A stretch of 64,000 nt of DNA, taken from NCBI GenBank assembly GCA_046484945.1, contig JAWOHY010000022.1, forward strand, positions 601-64,600, written 5' to 3'. Shown in pieces: positions 37,400 to 47,516 of the stretch (the stretch's first letter is position 1; each line of letters starts with the position of its first letter). This DNA comes from Bacteroidales bacterium (GTDB taxonomy: Bacteria; Bacteroidota; Bacteroidia; Bacteroidales; JAGOPY01). A program made the translations under genes and the position numbers. The notes under the pieces were generated by a model, which worked only from the letters and a program-made list of their open reading frames with translations, had not been told where the DNA came from and did not search any database.

Positions 37400-38884
37400 T
37401 TAATAGTAAGTGTACCATTGTACGCCGGCAATAAGTTTCGCCAGCCTGATCACCTGGATTGTGTAGCCGAATTCGTTGTCGTACCAGACATACAGGATAA
37501 TGGTTTTTCCGTCGGCCGAGACCAGGGTAGCGGGGGCGTCGAAAATGCCGGCGATACTGTCGCCGATAAAATCGGTGGAGACGGCCTCAGTCGAAGGAGA
37601 AAACCTGATCTGTTCCACCAGTCTGCCTTTCAATGCCGCATCCCGCAGGATTTCGATTACATCTTCGACTGTAGTGGCCTGTTGAACTGTCAGCGTGATA
37701 ATGGCCAGGGAAACGTTTGGGATGGGAACCCTGACGGCATTGGCCGTCAGCTTTCCTTTCAGGCTGGGAATGGCTTTGGCTGCCGCTGAAGCGGCGCCAG
37801 TGGAGGTGAGCACCATATTGATGGGCGCCGAACGTCCCCGACGGGGTTTGCGGTGGTAGTTATCGGTCAGGTTCTGGTCGTTTGTGTAAGCATGAATCGT
37901 TTCAATATGCCCCTTCTCTATTCCCAGTTTCGTTTCAATGACGTAAAGCACCGGAACGATGGCATTGGTGGTACAGGAAGCCGCCGAATAGATCTTCTCC
38001 GTATTGTAATCGATGGCCCGGTCATCATGATTGACACCATAAACGATATTCGGGACATCTCCTTTGGCCGGTGCGGTCAGGAGAACTTTGCTGATGCCCT
38101 TTGCCCTGAGGTGGCGGCTGAGATCCTCCCGCTTTGTCCAGACACCGGTACTGTCGATCAGCAATGCGTCCTGAATCCCTTCGGCTTCATAATCAATATC
38201 TTCCGGAGCATTAGCGGCAATCATCTTCACCTTATGACCGTTGATGATGAGCATTTTGTTCTCCAAATCCTCCGTGACCACACCGCGGAACGGCCCGTGA
38301 ATGGAATCGTTCTTAAAAAGTGAAGCGCGCTTGACGATCTCTTCGGATGAATTTCCCCTGGTAACGATGGCTTTGACATTGAGTTGTGTACCGTTCCCCT
38401 GGATGATCAGCTCCCGGGCCATCAGCCTGCCGATCCGGCCGAATCCGTAGATCACCACATCGACCGGTTTATCGTAGGTGACTTTCCGGCCGGTCAGGTC
38501 TTTCAGCTTATCTTCAAGGAATGACCGTACATCGGGATAACGATCATGCTCCCTTGTCCATTCCATATTGAGCCGGCCAATGTCGATCCTCGACGGCGGA
38601 AGCTCCATATTCATCAGTTCCCTGGCCAGCATCACCGAATCCTGTATCTTCAAAGCCTGATTTATCACGCTCAATGAATGGGAATGTTTTTTCAGGATGA
38701 CACTGGAAGAGCGGTCGATCAACTGGCTTCTGAAGATGGTCAGCTCAAGCGATTTGTCGTAGTAAAGTTGTCCGACGAGATTTACGAACTCAAATCCCGA
38801 TTTTTCATCATTTTTCCAGCTTTCCAGCGAATGGTCGTATTCCTGCTGGTTGTGGTTCTTTGAAAATGGTTTATGGTCCGGCAT
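37400..38884 (-). CDS. Glyceraldehyde-3-phosphate dehydrogenase-like protein with a ~150-aa N-terminal extension
   Basis: NAD-binding YGFGRIGR and the catalytic SCTTN motif. I chose the ATG at 38884 (MPDHKPF...); the ORF-track start at 38956 adds 24 hydrophobic residues. Confidence 0.85.
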   Translation of the reverse strand: MPDHKPFSKNHNQQEYDHSLESWKNDEKSGFEFVNLVGQLYYDKSLELTIFRSQLIDRSSSVILKKHSHSLSVINQALKIQDSVMLARELMNMELPPSRIDIGRLNMEWTREHDRYPDVRSFLEDKLKDLTGRKVTYDKPVDVVIYGFGRIGRLMARELIIQGNGTQLNVKAIVTRGNSSEEIVKRASLFKNDSIHGPFRGVVTEDLENKMLIINGHKVKMIAANAPEDIDYEAEGIQDALLIDSTGVWTKREDLSRHLRAKGISKVLLTAPAKGDVPNIVYGVNHDDRAIDYNTEKIYSAASCTTNAIVPVLYVIETKLGIEKGHIETIHAYTNDQNLTDNYHRKPRRGRSAPINMVLTSTGAASAAAKAIPSLKGKLTANAVRVPIPNVSLAIITLTVQQATTVEDVIEILRDAALKGRLVEQIRFSPSTEAVSTDFIGDSIAGIFDAPATLVSADGKTIILYVWYDNEFGYTIQVIRLAKLIAGVQWYTYY

Positions 38885-38940
38885 GGCTAGTGGTTTTTGA
38901 ATAAATTGTTTGATATAATTATTTACACCTGCAATATTAC

Positions 38941-38989
38941 AAAAAATGAAAAACAAAAAGAGAGTGTATCAAAAGTCGACACACTCTCT
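38941..38989 (-). terminator. Rho-independent terminator downstream of rpoD (T-runs on both sides, so possibly bidirectional)
   Basis: 9-bp stem AGAGAGTGT (38959-38967) / ACACTCTCT (38981-38989). On the minus strand it is followed by TTTTGTTTTTCATTTTTT. Confidence 0.7.
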
Positions 38990-39035
38990 ATTCTTTTTTT
39001 TCGCTCCGGCGGGGAGATCCGTCGGTTCAATAATA

Positions 39036-39902
39036 TTATTCTCCCAGGTAAGCTTTCAGCAGTTTGCTTCGGGAGGTATGTTTCAGCCTGCGAATGGCCT
39101 TTTCTTTGATCTGCCTGACCCTTTCACGGGTAAGATTGAACTTGGCGCCGATCTCATCGAGGGTTAAGCCATGATTCATGCCGATACCATAATACAGGTT
39201 GATGACGTCGCGTTCCTTCTCGGTAAGGGTTGACAGCGACCGCTGGATCTCTTTGTTCAATGATTCGCGCATCAGGTTGCCATCGGTGCGGGGGGTATCC
39301 TCGGATACAAAGACGTCAAGAAATTTGGTTTCTTCATCCTCTGCAATAGGCGCATCCATGGAGACGTACCGGGTGGTGATCTTCATGGCTTTATCGAGTT
39401 TATGCTCGGGTATGTCAAGCTTTTTGGCCAGTTCATCGACGGACGGCAAACGCTCGAATTCCTGTTCCAGGCGGGAAGTGGCTTTCTTGATCTTATTAAG
39501 AGAACCCACCTGGTTAAGGGGCAGCCTGACCAGCCTCGACTGTTCGGCCAGGGCCTGCAGGATCGACTGCCGGATCCACCACACGGCATAGGATATAAAT
39601 TTAAACCCACGGGTTTCATCAAAACGCTGGGCCGCTTTGATCAGTCCCATATTCCCTTCATTGATCAGATCAGGTAAACTAAGCCCCTGGTTTTGATATT
39701 GCTTGGCAACCGAAACCACAAACCTGAGATTGGCCTTGACCAGCTTTTCCAACGCCAGATCATCACCCGATTTGATGCGCCTGGCCAGTTCAACCTCCTC
39801 TTCAGCTGTAATAAGTTCTTCCCGTCCAATATCCTGCAGATACTTATCCAGCGAAGCTGTTTCACGATTTGTGATCGATTTCGATATCTTTAATTGCCTC
39901 AT
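39036..39902 (-). CDS. rpoD: Primary RNA polymerase sigma factor (Bacteroidota sigma-A type)
   Basis: 288 aa. Regions 1.2-4 are recognisable (…[11 protein letters not shown]…, …[12 protein letters not shown]…, …[23 protein letters not shown]…). Confidence 0.95.
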   Translation of the reverse strand: MRQLKISKSITNRETASLDKYLQDIGREELITAEEEVELARRIKSGDDLALEKLVKANLRFVVSVAKQYQNQGLSLPDLINEGNMGLIKAAQRFDETRGFKFISYAVWWIRQSILQALAEQSRLVRLPLNQVGSLNKIKKATSRLEQEFERLPSVDELAKKLDIPEHKLDKAMKITTRYVSMDAPIAEDEETKFLDVFVSEDTPRTDGNLMRESLNKEIQRSLSTLTEKERDVINLYYGIGMNHGLTLDEIGAKFNLTRERVRQIKEKAIRRLKHTSRSKLLKAYLGE

Positions 39903-39984
39903 GGTTAAATATTAAATATAATTGATGGTACTAAAAAGCCCATAAATATACGGAAAAAATCTGCCTTTTGCAAGAGTAAACGGG

Positions 39985-39992
39985 CAAAGATA
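39985..39992 (-). promoter_or_regulatory. Candidate -7 box TATCTTTG upstream of rpoD
   Basis: Exact TAnnTTTG on the minus strand, 83 nt upstream of the rpoD ATG. Confidence 0.35.
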
Positions 39993-40032
39993 CGAAAAAT
40001 TATGACTTATTTAGAATTTTTTTAAATAAAAA

Positions 40033-41511
40033 CTACAAAATAAACCCATAATTCATCCGCATCCCGTTCGGGTAAATTCCTTCAATCCGGATTATCCCGC
40101 TTCGCACATTTGTGAGCGCATAATTGACATCTTCCACTGACCTTATCTTTATGCCGTTAATTTCCTGGATGATAAATCCCTTCTGGACCCCACCTTTCTT
40201 GAGCATCCCATCCTTGATACCGGTCACTTTCAGTCCGTATGACAGATTGAGTTTGTTCATTTCCGACTGAGGCACGGCTTCCAGTGTAGCGCCCAGATCA
40301 GACATATAATAATCATCAGCTTTTTTTGTCAGTTCGATGGTGCCATCCAGGTTTCGCAAACCGACATCCATTTGCTGGAGTTTCCCATCCCGGTTCACGG
40401 TAACTGAAACGATATCACCGGGATTGTGCTGTCCGATGATTTCCAGTAATTCAGCGTTGGTTGTTACCGGGTTATTATTGATCCGGGTGATCACGTCGCC
40501 GGCTTTTATCCCGGCCTCCATGGCGCCTCCATTGCTGGTAACTGATTCCACATAGACCCCATTAAAAACGTCGAGGTTTTTTTCCCGGGCCAATGCAGAA
40601 TTCACCTGCCGGATGGTAACACCCATATAGGCACGCTGGACTATACCGTAATTGAGCAGATCATCAGCCACTTTTTTGACGATGTTCACCGGGATGGCAA
40701 AGGAATATCCCGTGTAAGAACCGGTATTGCTGGCGATTGCCGCATTGACCCCTATCAGTTCACCTTTCATGTTGACCAGGGCGCCGCCGCTGTTACCCCG
40801 GTTCACGGCGGCATCGGTCTGAATAAATGACTCAATGGACCCCTGCGACCCCAGGATATTGATATTTCTTGCTTTTGCACTGACAATTCCGGCTGTAACC
40901 GTTGATGTAAGATTAAAGGGGTTCCCGACTGCCAGCACCCACTCCCCTATTTTTACATCGTCCGAATTACCGAATGTAACAAAAGGGAGGTTTTCCGCTT
41001 CGATCCTGATCAGGGCCAGGTCAGTGGAAGGGTCGGTACCGATCAACTGCGCACTGAACTCCCTGCGGTCATTCAAGGTTACGTCAATTTTCCCAGCACC
41101 TTCCACTACGTGATTGTTGGTGATAAGATACCCGTCGGAAGAAATGATCACCCCCGATCCAAAACCGGTATAAATCTGGCTGCCGACTCCTCCATGAGGA
41201 TGGCCGAAGAATTCGCGGAACGGACCGAAAAAATCGTCATACATGGTCGTTTTCCTTGTAAACTCCGACCTGATGTGCACCACGCCATGCACCGTCTTTT
41301 CGGCCGCCGTTGTGAAATCAGGCCCGTTAAAGGGCATTACGGGCAAATAATTTGCGGGCATGACACCCGGCTGAAACGTATCCCGGTTATTGTTACCGGC
41401 TTCGGTTAGGTCATCCTGTTCCGTAAAAAACACCATTTTTGCGCCCCAGGCAATAACCATCATCAATGCCAGTATCGTTAAAAATTGAATGGCTCTTTTC
41501 ATACCGTTCAT
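40033..41511 (-). CDS. htrA: HtrA/DegP/DegQ-family periplasmic serine protease with two PDZ domains
   Basis: 492 aa. The catalytic triad context is TNNHVV, DLALI and GNSGGAL. There are two C-terminal PDZ-like segments. Confidence 0.92.
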   Translation of the reverse strand: MNGMKRAIQFLTILALMMVIAWGAKMVFFTEQDDLTEAGNNNRDTFQPGVMPANYLPVMPFNGPDFTTAAEKTVHGVVHIRSEFTRKTTMYDDFFGPFREFFGHPHGGVGSQIYTGFGSGVIISSDGYLITNNHVVEGAGKIDVTLNDRREFSAQLIGTDPSTDLALIRIEAENLPFVTFGNSDDVKIGEWVLAVGNPFNLTSTVTAGIVSAKARNINILGSQGSIESFIQTDAAVNRGNSGGALVNMKGELIGVNAAIASNTGSYTGYSFAIPVNIVKKVADDLLNYGIVQRAYMGVTIRQVNSALAREKNLDVFNGVYVESVTSNGGAMEAGIKAGDVITRINNNPVTTNAELLEIIGQHNPGDIVSVTVNRDGKLQQMDVGLRNLDGTIELTKKADDYYMSDLGATLEAVPQSEMNKLNLSYGLKVTGIKDGMLKKGGVQKGFIIQEINGIKIRSVEDVNYALTNVRSGIIRIEGIYPNGMRMNYGFIL

Positions 41512-41635
41512 AACATATTATTTTTAAAATTGTTTATCTGTTTGATTCGTTAAAACGGGATATAAACCTCAAATAGTGTGCCTTTCCGGTGTTAAATATT
41601 GTTAAAAGAAAGGGCCTCCATCCCTGTTTTTATAC

Positions 41636-41643
41636 TATTTTTG
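41636..41643 (+). promoter_or_regulatory. Candidate -7 box TATTTTTG upstream of dapF
   Basis: Exact TAnnTTTG, 20 nt upstream of the ATG at 41664. Confidence 0.4.
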
Positions 41644-41663
41644 AAAACTTTACAACATAATAA

Positions 41664-42449
41664 ATGAACCTCAGGTTTTACAAATATCACGGCACAGGCA
41701 ACGATTTTATCCTGGTTGACACCAGGCTGAAAGGGAATGCATTACCGGATGGCATGACCATTGAAAAACTCTGTCACCGCCGTTTTGGTATCGGAGCCGA
41801 CGGGCTGATTGCCATTACTGATGCTTCAGGATATGATTTTGGCATGACCTATTTCAACAGTGACGGGAAAGAAAGCACCATGTGTGGCAATGGCGGCAGG
41901 TGCGCGGTAGCCCTGGCTGACTTTTTGTCACCCGGAAATACGCCTTATCATTTTCTGGCTGCCGACGGTGATCATTCCGGTATAATTACAGCCAGAAATA
42001 ACAATATATACCATGTAAGATTGCGGATGCAGGATATAAACGATTACACTTTTCATGACAATGATCTCATTATCAATACAGGATCGCCGCATCTGGTGAG
42101 GTTTACGGAGAAAGAAGCTGATATATTCACCGAGGGCAGTGCGATCCGTTACCAGGATCGGTTTCAGCCAGGAGGGATCAATGTTAATTTTGTAAGCAAG
42201 GAAAAGGATTATGTTTTTGTCAGAACCTATGAACGGGGGGTGGAGAATGAAACGCTTTCCTGCGGCACGGGTGTCACGGCGGCGGCACTTGCACATGCTT
42301 TGCAAAATGATATGACAGAAGGTAATGTTCCGGTGGGCACCCGGGGCGGGCAGCTCAGGGTTTATTTCAGGCGTGAAGGAAACGGTTTCAGCGACATCTG
42401 GCTTGAAGGGCCTGCCGAAAAGGTTTTTGAAGGGATTATCAATATCTGA
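41664..42449 (+). CDS. dapF: Diaminopimelate epimerase
   Basis: 261 aa. The two catalytic Cys contexts are NSDGKESTMCGNGGRC and ETLSCGTG. Confidence 0.93.
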   Translation: MNLRFYKYHGTGNDFILVDTRLKGNALPDGMTIEKLCHRRFGIGADGLIAITDASGYDFGMTYFNSDGKESTMCGNGGRCAVALADFLSPGNTPYHFLAADGDHSGIITARNNNIYHVRLRMQDINDYTFHDNDLIINTGSPHLVRFTEKEADIFTEGSAIRYQDRFQPGGINVNFVSKEKDYVFVRTYERGVENETLSCGTGVTAAALAHALQNDMTEGNVPVGTRGGQLRVYFRREGNGFSDIWLEGPAEKVFEGIINI

Positions 42450-42485
42450 AATAACATAACTAATGGATGAAGAATAACTGAGGAT

Positions 42486-43022
42486 ATGAACGGAGCAAAA
42501 GTAAAATTGCGGGCGCTGGAGCCCGAAGACGTGGAAATCCTTTATCGTTGGGAGAACGACCGCTCGATCTGGCACCTGTCAACCACCATCGTCCCGCTGT
42601 CGCGTTTTGCATTGGAGCAGTATGTCATAGGCTCGGGTCAGGACTTATACACCGCCCGTCAGCTCAGGCTCATGATCGACTTGCTGCAACCCGTTGACGG
42701 GCTGCACACCATTGGCTCTGTCGATTTGTTCGAGTTCGAGCCCACTCATCAGCGCGCCGGTGTTGGCATCCTGATCCTCCAGGCGTTCAGGGGAAAGGGA
42801 TATGCTTCGGAAGCCCTGGGACTACTGATCAGTTACGCCTTTGAAACCCTTCAGCTCCACCAGCTGTTCTGTAATATATCTCCGGACAATCCGGAAAGCA
42901 TCCGGCTGTTCGAAAGCAATGGCTTTCTGTTTATCGGGACGAAAAAGGAATGGAACCGCGTCAGGAACAATTGGCAGGACGAAAGCATGTTCCAGCTGAT
43001 CAATCATTCACACAAATCCTGA
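42486..43022 (+). CDS. GNAT-family N-acetyltransferase (RimJ/RimL-like)
   Basis: 178 aa. Motifs LRALEPEDVEILYRWEND and the acetyl-CoA motif region QAFRGKGYASEAL. Confidence 0.8.
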   Translation: MNGAKVKLRALEPEDVEILYRWENDRSIWHLSTTIVPLSRFALEQYVIGSGQDLYTARQLRLMIDLLQPVDGLHTIGSVDLFEFEPTHQRAGVGILILQAFRGKGYASEALGLLISYAFETLQLHQLFCNISPDNPESIRLFESNGFLFIGTKKEWNRVRNNWQDESMFQLINHSHKS

Positions 43023-44102
43023 ATGATGGCGATTTCCACAAAGTATCCCGGAAGGAAACCGGGGAAGCCATGGTATCACAAGCTGATAATTGGCGTTTTA
43101 TCCCTGGCCCTTTTCTGCGCCATGATCATGGCCATCCTGCTTTTTCAGGCGGTGATGAAACCCAATGTGTGGACGCCGGACGGGGAAAGCACATCCGTTT
43201 ATATTCCTGAAGGATCGGCCTATGATGATGTGAAGCAAATATTTTATTCACAGGGACTGATCATCAACCGCCGGACCTTTGAATGGATGGCTGATCGAAA
43301 AGGATACCCGGACCTGGTAAAACCCGGGCATTACGTCATCGACCCCCGTATGAACAACAACGACCTGGTCAATCTGTTGCGCTCGGGTGCTCAAACCCCT
43401 GTGCGGGTCGTTTTCAATAATATCCGTACGCTGGAAGAGCTGGCCGGCAGGATCTCCATGCAAATCGACGAAGATTCTGTCTCCCTGTTAGAATGCTGGC
43501 GCAACCGTGAATTTCTCCAGACACTGGAATTGCAACCAGCACTGGTTCCGGTGATCTTCATCCCAAACACATACGAATTATGGTGGACAACGGATGCCTG
43601 CGGTTTTACACTGCGTATGCACAGCGAGTTTAATAAATTCTGGAATGCCGATAGAAAACAAAAGGCCGCTGATGCAGGCCTGACTGTTCCGGAAGTTGTT
43701 ATCCTGGCATCCATTATCGAAAAGGAATCCCAAAAAATTGACGAAAGGCCCGATATTGCAGGGGTTTACCTGAACAGGCTTCGAAAAGGCTGGCCCCTGC
43801 AGGCTGACCCGACACTGGTTTTCGCCTGGGGTGATTTTGAGATCACCCGGGTGCTGAACCGGCATAAAACTATCGATTCACCATACAACACTTACAAATA
43901 CAAAGGCTTACCGCCCGGTCCGATCTGCATCCCATCCATCTCATCCATTGATGCGGTACTGAATGCACACAGGCACGATTACATGTTTTTCTGTGCCCGC
44001 GACGACATGTCGGGTTACCATGTCTTTTCCCGTACCCTCTCTGAACATAACCGGCATGCCAGGGCTTACCAGCGTGCACTCAACACCAGAAATATCAGGT
44101 AG
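43023..44102 (+). CDS. mltG: Endolytic murein transglycosylase MltG (YceG-like)
   Basis: 359 aa. N-terminal TM helix, and a YceG-like core (…LASIIEKES…, …SPYNTYKYKGLPPGPI…). Confidence 0.9.
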   Translation: MMAISTKYPGRKPGKPWYHKLIIGVLSLALFCAMIMAILLFQAVMKPNVWTPDGESTSVYIPEGSAYDDVKQIFYSQGLIINRRTFEWMADRKGYPDLVKPGHYVIDPRMNNNDLVNLLRSGAQTPVRVVFNNIRTLEELAGRISMQIDEDSVSLLECWRNREFLQTLELQPALVPVIFIPNTYELWWTTDACGFTLRMHSEFNKFWNADRKQKAADAGLTVPEVVILASIIEKESQKIDERPDIAGVYLNRLRKGWPLQADPTLVFAWGDFEITRVLNRHKTIDSPYNTYKYKGLPPGPICIPSISSIDAVLNAHRHDYMFFCARDDMSGYHVFSRTLSEHNRHARAYQRALNTRNIR

Positions 44103-44108
44103 AGCCGG

Positions 44109-45056
44109 ATGGTCAACGGAATAAAACATAGTGTATTGGTTTGGGTAATGGTCCTGTGGCCCTGCCTCTCCTTTTCAATACCGCCTGACACAATCCACCA
44201 TATTGAGAATAAAGAATTGGATCGGCAACCTAATTATAATGCAAGGCTGACCGGCGTATCGGTCACCGCCGGAGCGCTCTATGTTGGGAGCATGGCTGGC
44301 CTTTATCACTTATGGTATGCCGATTATCCCCGGTCTTCCTTTCATTTCTTCAACGATTGCAGTGAATGGATGCTGATGGACAAGGCCGGTCACGTCACCT
44401 CCTCCTACTGGATAGGCAGGATCGGATACGAAAGCCTGCGCTGGAGCGGAGTGGAAAAGAAAAAGGCGGTTTGGTATGGCGGAATGTGGGGACTGGTTTA
44501 TCTTTCCACCGTTGAGATTTTCGACGGGTTCTCGGCCGAATGGGGCTTTTCCGGGTGCGATATGGCCGCCAACGTGATTGGCACCGGCCTGTTCATCGGT
44601 CAGCAACTGCTCTGGGACCAACAGCCGCTCACCATTAAATACTCAGCACACCCTACCAAATATGCCGATTACAGGCCGGATTTGCTCGGAGAAAACTTTG
44701 CCCAGCAATTATTGAAAGACTACAACGGGCAAACCTACTGGCTATCCCTGAACCTGGCCTCGCTTATGTCAAAAAACAACCGTTTCCCGAAATGGCTGAA
44801 TATTTCTTTCGGATACGGCGCCGACGGGATGCTGGGAGCCACCTCCAATCCTCTTGAATACCAGGGAGAACCGTTGCCCTATTTTGAAAGATATTCACAG
44901 TATTACCTCTCCCTCGATATCGACCCGACAAAAATAAAAACCAGTAACGATACCGTAAGGTGGCTGCTGAACATGATCGGGTTCATCAAATTGCCATTTC
45001 CGGCACTGGAGTTTAACAGGGTGGATAAGGTGAGATGGCATTGGGGGTATTTTTGA
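44109..45056 (+). CDS. DUF2279-like membrane/periplasmic protein
   Basis: 315 aa. The segment MDKAGHVTSSYWIGRIGY fits the DK.GH motif of DUF2279 as I recall it. Confidence 0.6.
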   Translation: MVNGIKHSVLVWVMVLWPCLSFSIPPDTIHHIENKELDRQPNYNARLTGVSVTAGALYVGSMAGLYHLWYADYPRSSFHFFNDCSEWMLMDKAGHVTSSYWIGRIGYESLRWSGVEKKKAVWYGGMWGLVYLSTVEIFDGFSAEWGFSGCDMAANVIGTGLFIGQQLLWDQQPLTIKYSAHPTKYADYRPDLLGENFAQQLLKDYNGQTYWLSLNLASLMSKNNRFPKWLNISFGYGADGMLGATSNPLEYQGEPLPYFERYSQYYLSLDIDPTKIKTSNDTVRWLLNMIGFIKLPFPALEFNRVDKVRWHWGYF

Positions 45057-45090
45057 GGAGACAGAAGGCAGGAGACAGAAGTTAGAAGTT
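45056..45090. repeat. Heptamer array AGGAGAC AGAAGGC AGGAGAC AGAAGTT AGAAGTT (reverse complement of words in the 20591-20681 array)
   Basis: Read directly. It starts on the last base of the upstream stop codon and ends 6 nt before the next ATG. Confidence 0.9.
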
Positions 45091-45096
45091 AAAATA

Positions 45097-45750
45097 ATGG
45101 TTGACAGAAAAAGAGTACGGACAATTATCTGGGATTTTAACGGGACGTTGCTGAATGACATGCAGGTGTGTGTCGATTGCATGAACATCATGCTCGGTGA
45201 AAGGGGTTTGGCGAAGTTGGACCTGGAACGTTACCGGCAAATTTTCACCTTTCCCGTCAGGGAATATTATGAAAAGCTGGGGTTTGATTTCAACAGGGAG
45301 CCTTTTGAAATCCCTGCCCATCAATTCATTGATCATTACCGTGTCCATCTTACTGAAGCGCCATTACACGCCGGTGTAATTGATCTGCTCGACCAATTGA
45401 AAAAAAGAAGGATCCGGCATGTGATCCTGTCGGCCATGGAACAGGCGCTATTGGAAGACACCCTGGAAAAGAAAGGGATCCTGGACCATTTTGACAAAGT
45501 GGTTGGGATACGCGACCACCTGGCCGACGGCAAACTGGAGATGGCCAGGGAACTGGTGGCATCGCTGGGGGAAGACCTCTCGGGCTTATACCTTGTGGGC
45601 GACACCACCCACGACTACGAAGTGGCAGCGGGCGCCAATATACCCTGCCTGCTGATAGCACACGGACACCAGTCGCCCGAAAGGCTCCGGCCGCTGTCAT
45701 GCCAGGTCGTCAACGACCTGGAAGAATTAATGGAAAAGTTGTTACAGTGA
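45097..45750 (+). CDS. HAD-superfamily hydrolase (phosphoglycolate phosphatase-like)
   Basis: 217 aa. HAD motif I is IIWDFNGTL, and motif IV is the region YLVGDTTHDYEVA. Confidence 0.8.
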   Translation: MVDRKRVRTIIWDFNGTLLNDMQVCVDCMNIMLGERGLAKLDLERYRQIFTFPVREYYEKLGFDFNREPFEIPAHQFIDHYRVHLTEAPLHAGVIDLLDQLKKRRIRHVILSAMEQALLEDTLEKKGILDHFDKVVGIRDHLADGKLEMARELVASLGEDLSGLYLVGDTTHDYEVAAGANIPCLLIAHGHQSPERLRPLSCQVVNDLEELMEKLLQ

Positions 45751-45780
45751 ACAGGACCAGCGGGTGAAACTACGCAGGAT

Positions 45781-46506
45781 TTATTTTTGCTCCGTATTAT
45801 CCACCCGGGAGACCAGTTTTCCTTCAACGTATTCTTCCCTGACTTCCAGTTCGCCCCGCTCATTCAGGTAAACCCATGAGCCGTGCTTGTTTCCATGAAG
45901 ATACGTCCCCGATACCTCAACACCTCCTTTCAGATGATACACTACGTATAATCCTTCCAGTTGGTCATCCTTATAATTGGCCTTCATTTTTATTTTCCCA
46001 TCAGTAAAATACTGTATCCACGGACCGTTCTTCAGATCATTGGCATAAGTGATCTCTTCCGCCACGCCACCATCAGGGTAGAAAGTCTTCCAGACCCCTT
46101 CCCTGGAATGGCTAATATAATGCTCCTCGGCCGACAGTGACCCGTCCTCCGTGTTATAATACAGCCAGGTACTGTCCTTTTGCTGGTTGACATACTTTCC
46201 CTGAGCCATCAATCGGCCATTGGAATGGAAATTCTTCATATAAGTAACCCTGCCGCTGTCAACCTGGTTCACAATGGCCCTGGTCCTGCCATCGGGAAAA
46301 TAATAAATAAATTCCCCCATGGGTTTGCCATTGGCATATTCCCCGGTAAATTTCAGGTTACCGTCACCGTCATATACCCGCCAGAATCCCTGTCTCCTTC
46401 CCTGCAAATCAACCTTGTTGATATGGGTTTCTATGAATTCCTGGGAAAAGGCCGTCTCTGCCAGCAGGAATATAAATCCACACAAAATCCAGTTTCTCAT
46501 GAACAA
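45781..46506 (-). CDS. MORN-repeat-variant / YwqK-family secreted protein
   Basis: 241 aa with a signal peptide. It has repeated G.W..Y..(N/D)G......Y..G...G units. Confidence 0.75.
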   Translation of the reverse strand: MFMRNWILCGFIFLLAETAFSQEFIETHINKVDLQGRRQGFWRVYDGDGNLKFTGEYANGKPMGEFIYYFPDGRTRAIVNQVDSGRVTYMKNFHSNGRLMAQGKYVNQQKDSTWLYYNTEDGSLSAEEHYISHSREGVWKTFYPDGGVAEEITYANDLKNGPWIQYFTDGKIKMKANYKDDQLEGLYVVYHLKGGVEVSGTYLHGNKHGSWVYLNERGELEVREEYVEGKLVSRVDNTEQK

Positions 46507-46516
46507 AACAATTGGT

Positions 46517-46524
46517 TACTTTTG
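46517..46524 (+). promoter_or_regulatory. Candidate -7 box TACTTTTG upstream of recR
   Basis: Exact TAnnTTTG, 41 nt upstream of the ATG at 46566. Confidence 0.4.
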
Positions 46525-46565
46525 CTGAAACGTAAAAATACTTTTTTTTAGCATACCCTAAACGG

Positions 46566-47186
46566 ATGGTTTATTCGTCAAAATTACTCGAAGATGCGGT
46601 CAATGAGCTTTCCCGCCTGCCGGGGATCGGAAGAAAGACCGCCTTGCGCCTGGCTTTGCACCTGATCAGGCAGGAGGATGCCGTTGTTGAAAGTTTCAGC
46701 CAGGCAATATCGAAAATGAAAAAAGAGATCAAACGTTGCCGGGTCTGCCATAATATTTCCGATACGGATCTCTGCGGGATATGTGCCAATCCCAAACGCG
46801 ACCATGCCACCGTTTGTGTGGTTCAGGACATCCGGGATGTAATGGCCATCGAGAATACCGGCCAGTTTCAAGGCGCCTATCATGTGCTGGGAGGGATCAT
46901 TTCACCCGTCGACGGGATCGGGCCCGAAGACCTCACCATTTCATCCCTCATATCCCGGGCGGCATCAGGCGGCCTGAAAGAGATCATCCTCGCTTTGCCC
47001 ACGACCATCGAAGGCGACACGACCAATTTCTACCTCTCCCAAAAGCTGAAAGATACTAGGATACTGCTTACTGCCATTAGCCGGGGGGTACCGATCGGAG
47101 ACGATATCGAATACGCGGATGAGATCACCCTGGGGCGCTCGATCCTCAACCGGATCCCGTTTGACACCGGGAACCTGCGTAGCTGA
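46566..47186 (+). CDS. recR: Recombination protein RecR
   Basis: 206 aa. N-terminal HhH ([13 protein letters not shown]), a C4 zinc finger (CRVCHN...CGIC) and a Toprim domain. Confidence 0.96.
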   Translation: MVYSSKLLEDAVNELSRLPGIGRKTALRLALHLIRQEDAVVESFSQAISKMKKEIKRCRVCHNISDTDLCGICANPKRDHATVCVVQDIRDVMAIENTGQFQGAYHVLGGIISPVDGIGPEDLTISSLISRAASGGLKEIILALPTTIEGDTTNFYLSQKLKDTRILLTAISRGVPIGDDIEYADEITLGRSILNRIPFDTGNLRS

Positions 47187-47205
47187 TAAACCCAGCCGCT
47201 GCAAC

Positions 47206-47442
47206 TCAGGAATGGCCCGACTCAAATAGTTCAAGCTGGTTTTCCGTCACATAAAAATCTTCCGGCACGCCATTCACATATTGAAGCCTCGGTTTGAGCA
47301 ATTTTTTGATCAGTTTGTTGGGCGTGGTTTTCCGGGCATTACAGTATCCCAGCAGCGAGTTGTACTGGCCGGCGGTCAGCTTGAGCTTGATGATACGGTA
47401 GCGAACTTTTTTCCTCTTTTTCTTCCTGGTTTTGACAGGCAT
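47206..47442 (-). CDS. Small basic protein with a ribbon-helix-helix-like pattern (hypothetical)
   Basis: From the ATG at 47442: MPVKTRKKKRKKVRYRIIKLKLTAGQYNSLLGYCNARKTTPNKLIKKLL. This reads as a basic tail, a beta-strand and two helices, as in RHH/MobC-like proteins. The ORF-track start is 47496. Confidence 0.45.
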   Translation of the reverse strand: MPVKTRKKKRKKVRYRIIKLKLTAGQYNSLLGYCNARKTTPNKLIKKLLKPRLQYVNGVPEDFYVTENQLELFESGHS

Positions 47443-47516
47443 GTTATGCAATTTGGTTCTAAAAGCCGAAAATATGGATAAATCAAGGGATTGCAATTCT
47501 TAGGCCGCGAAATTTA

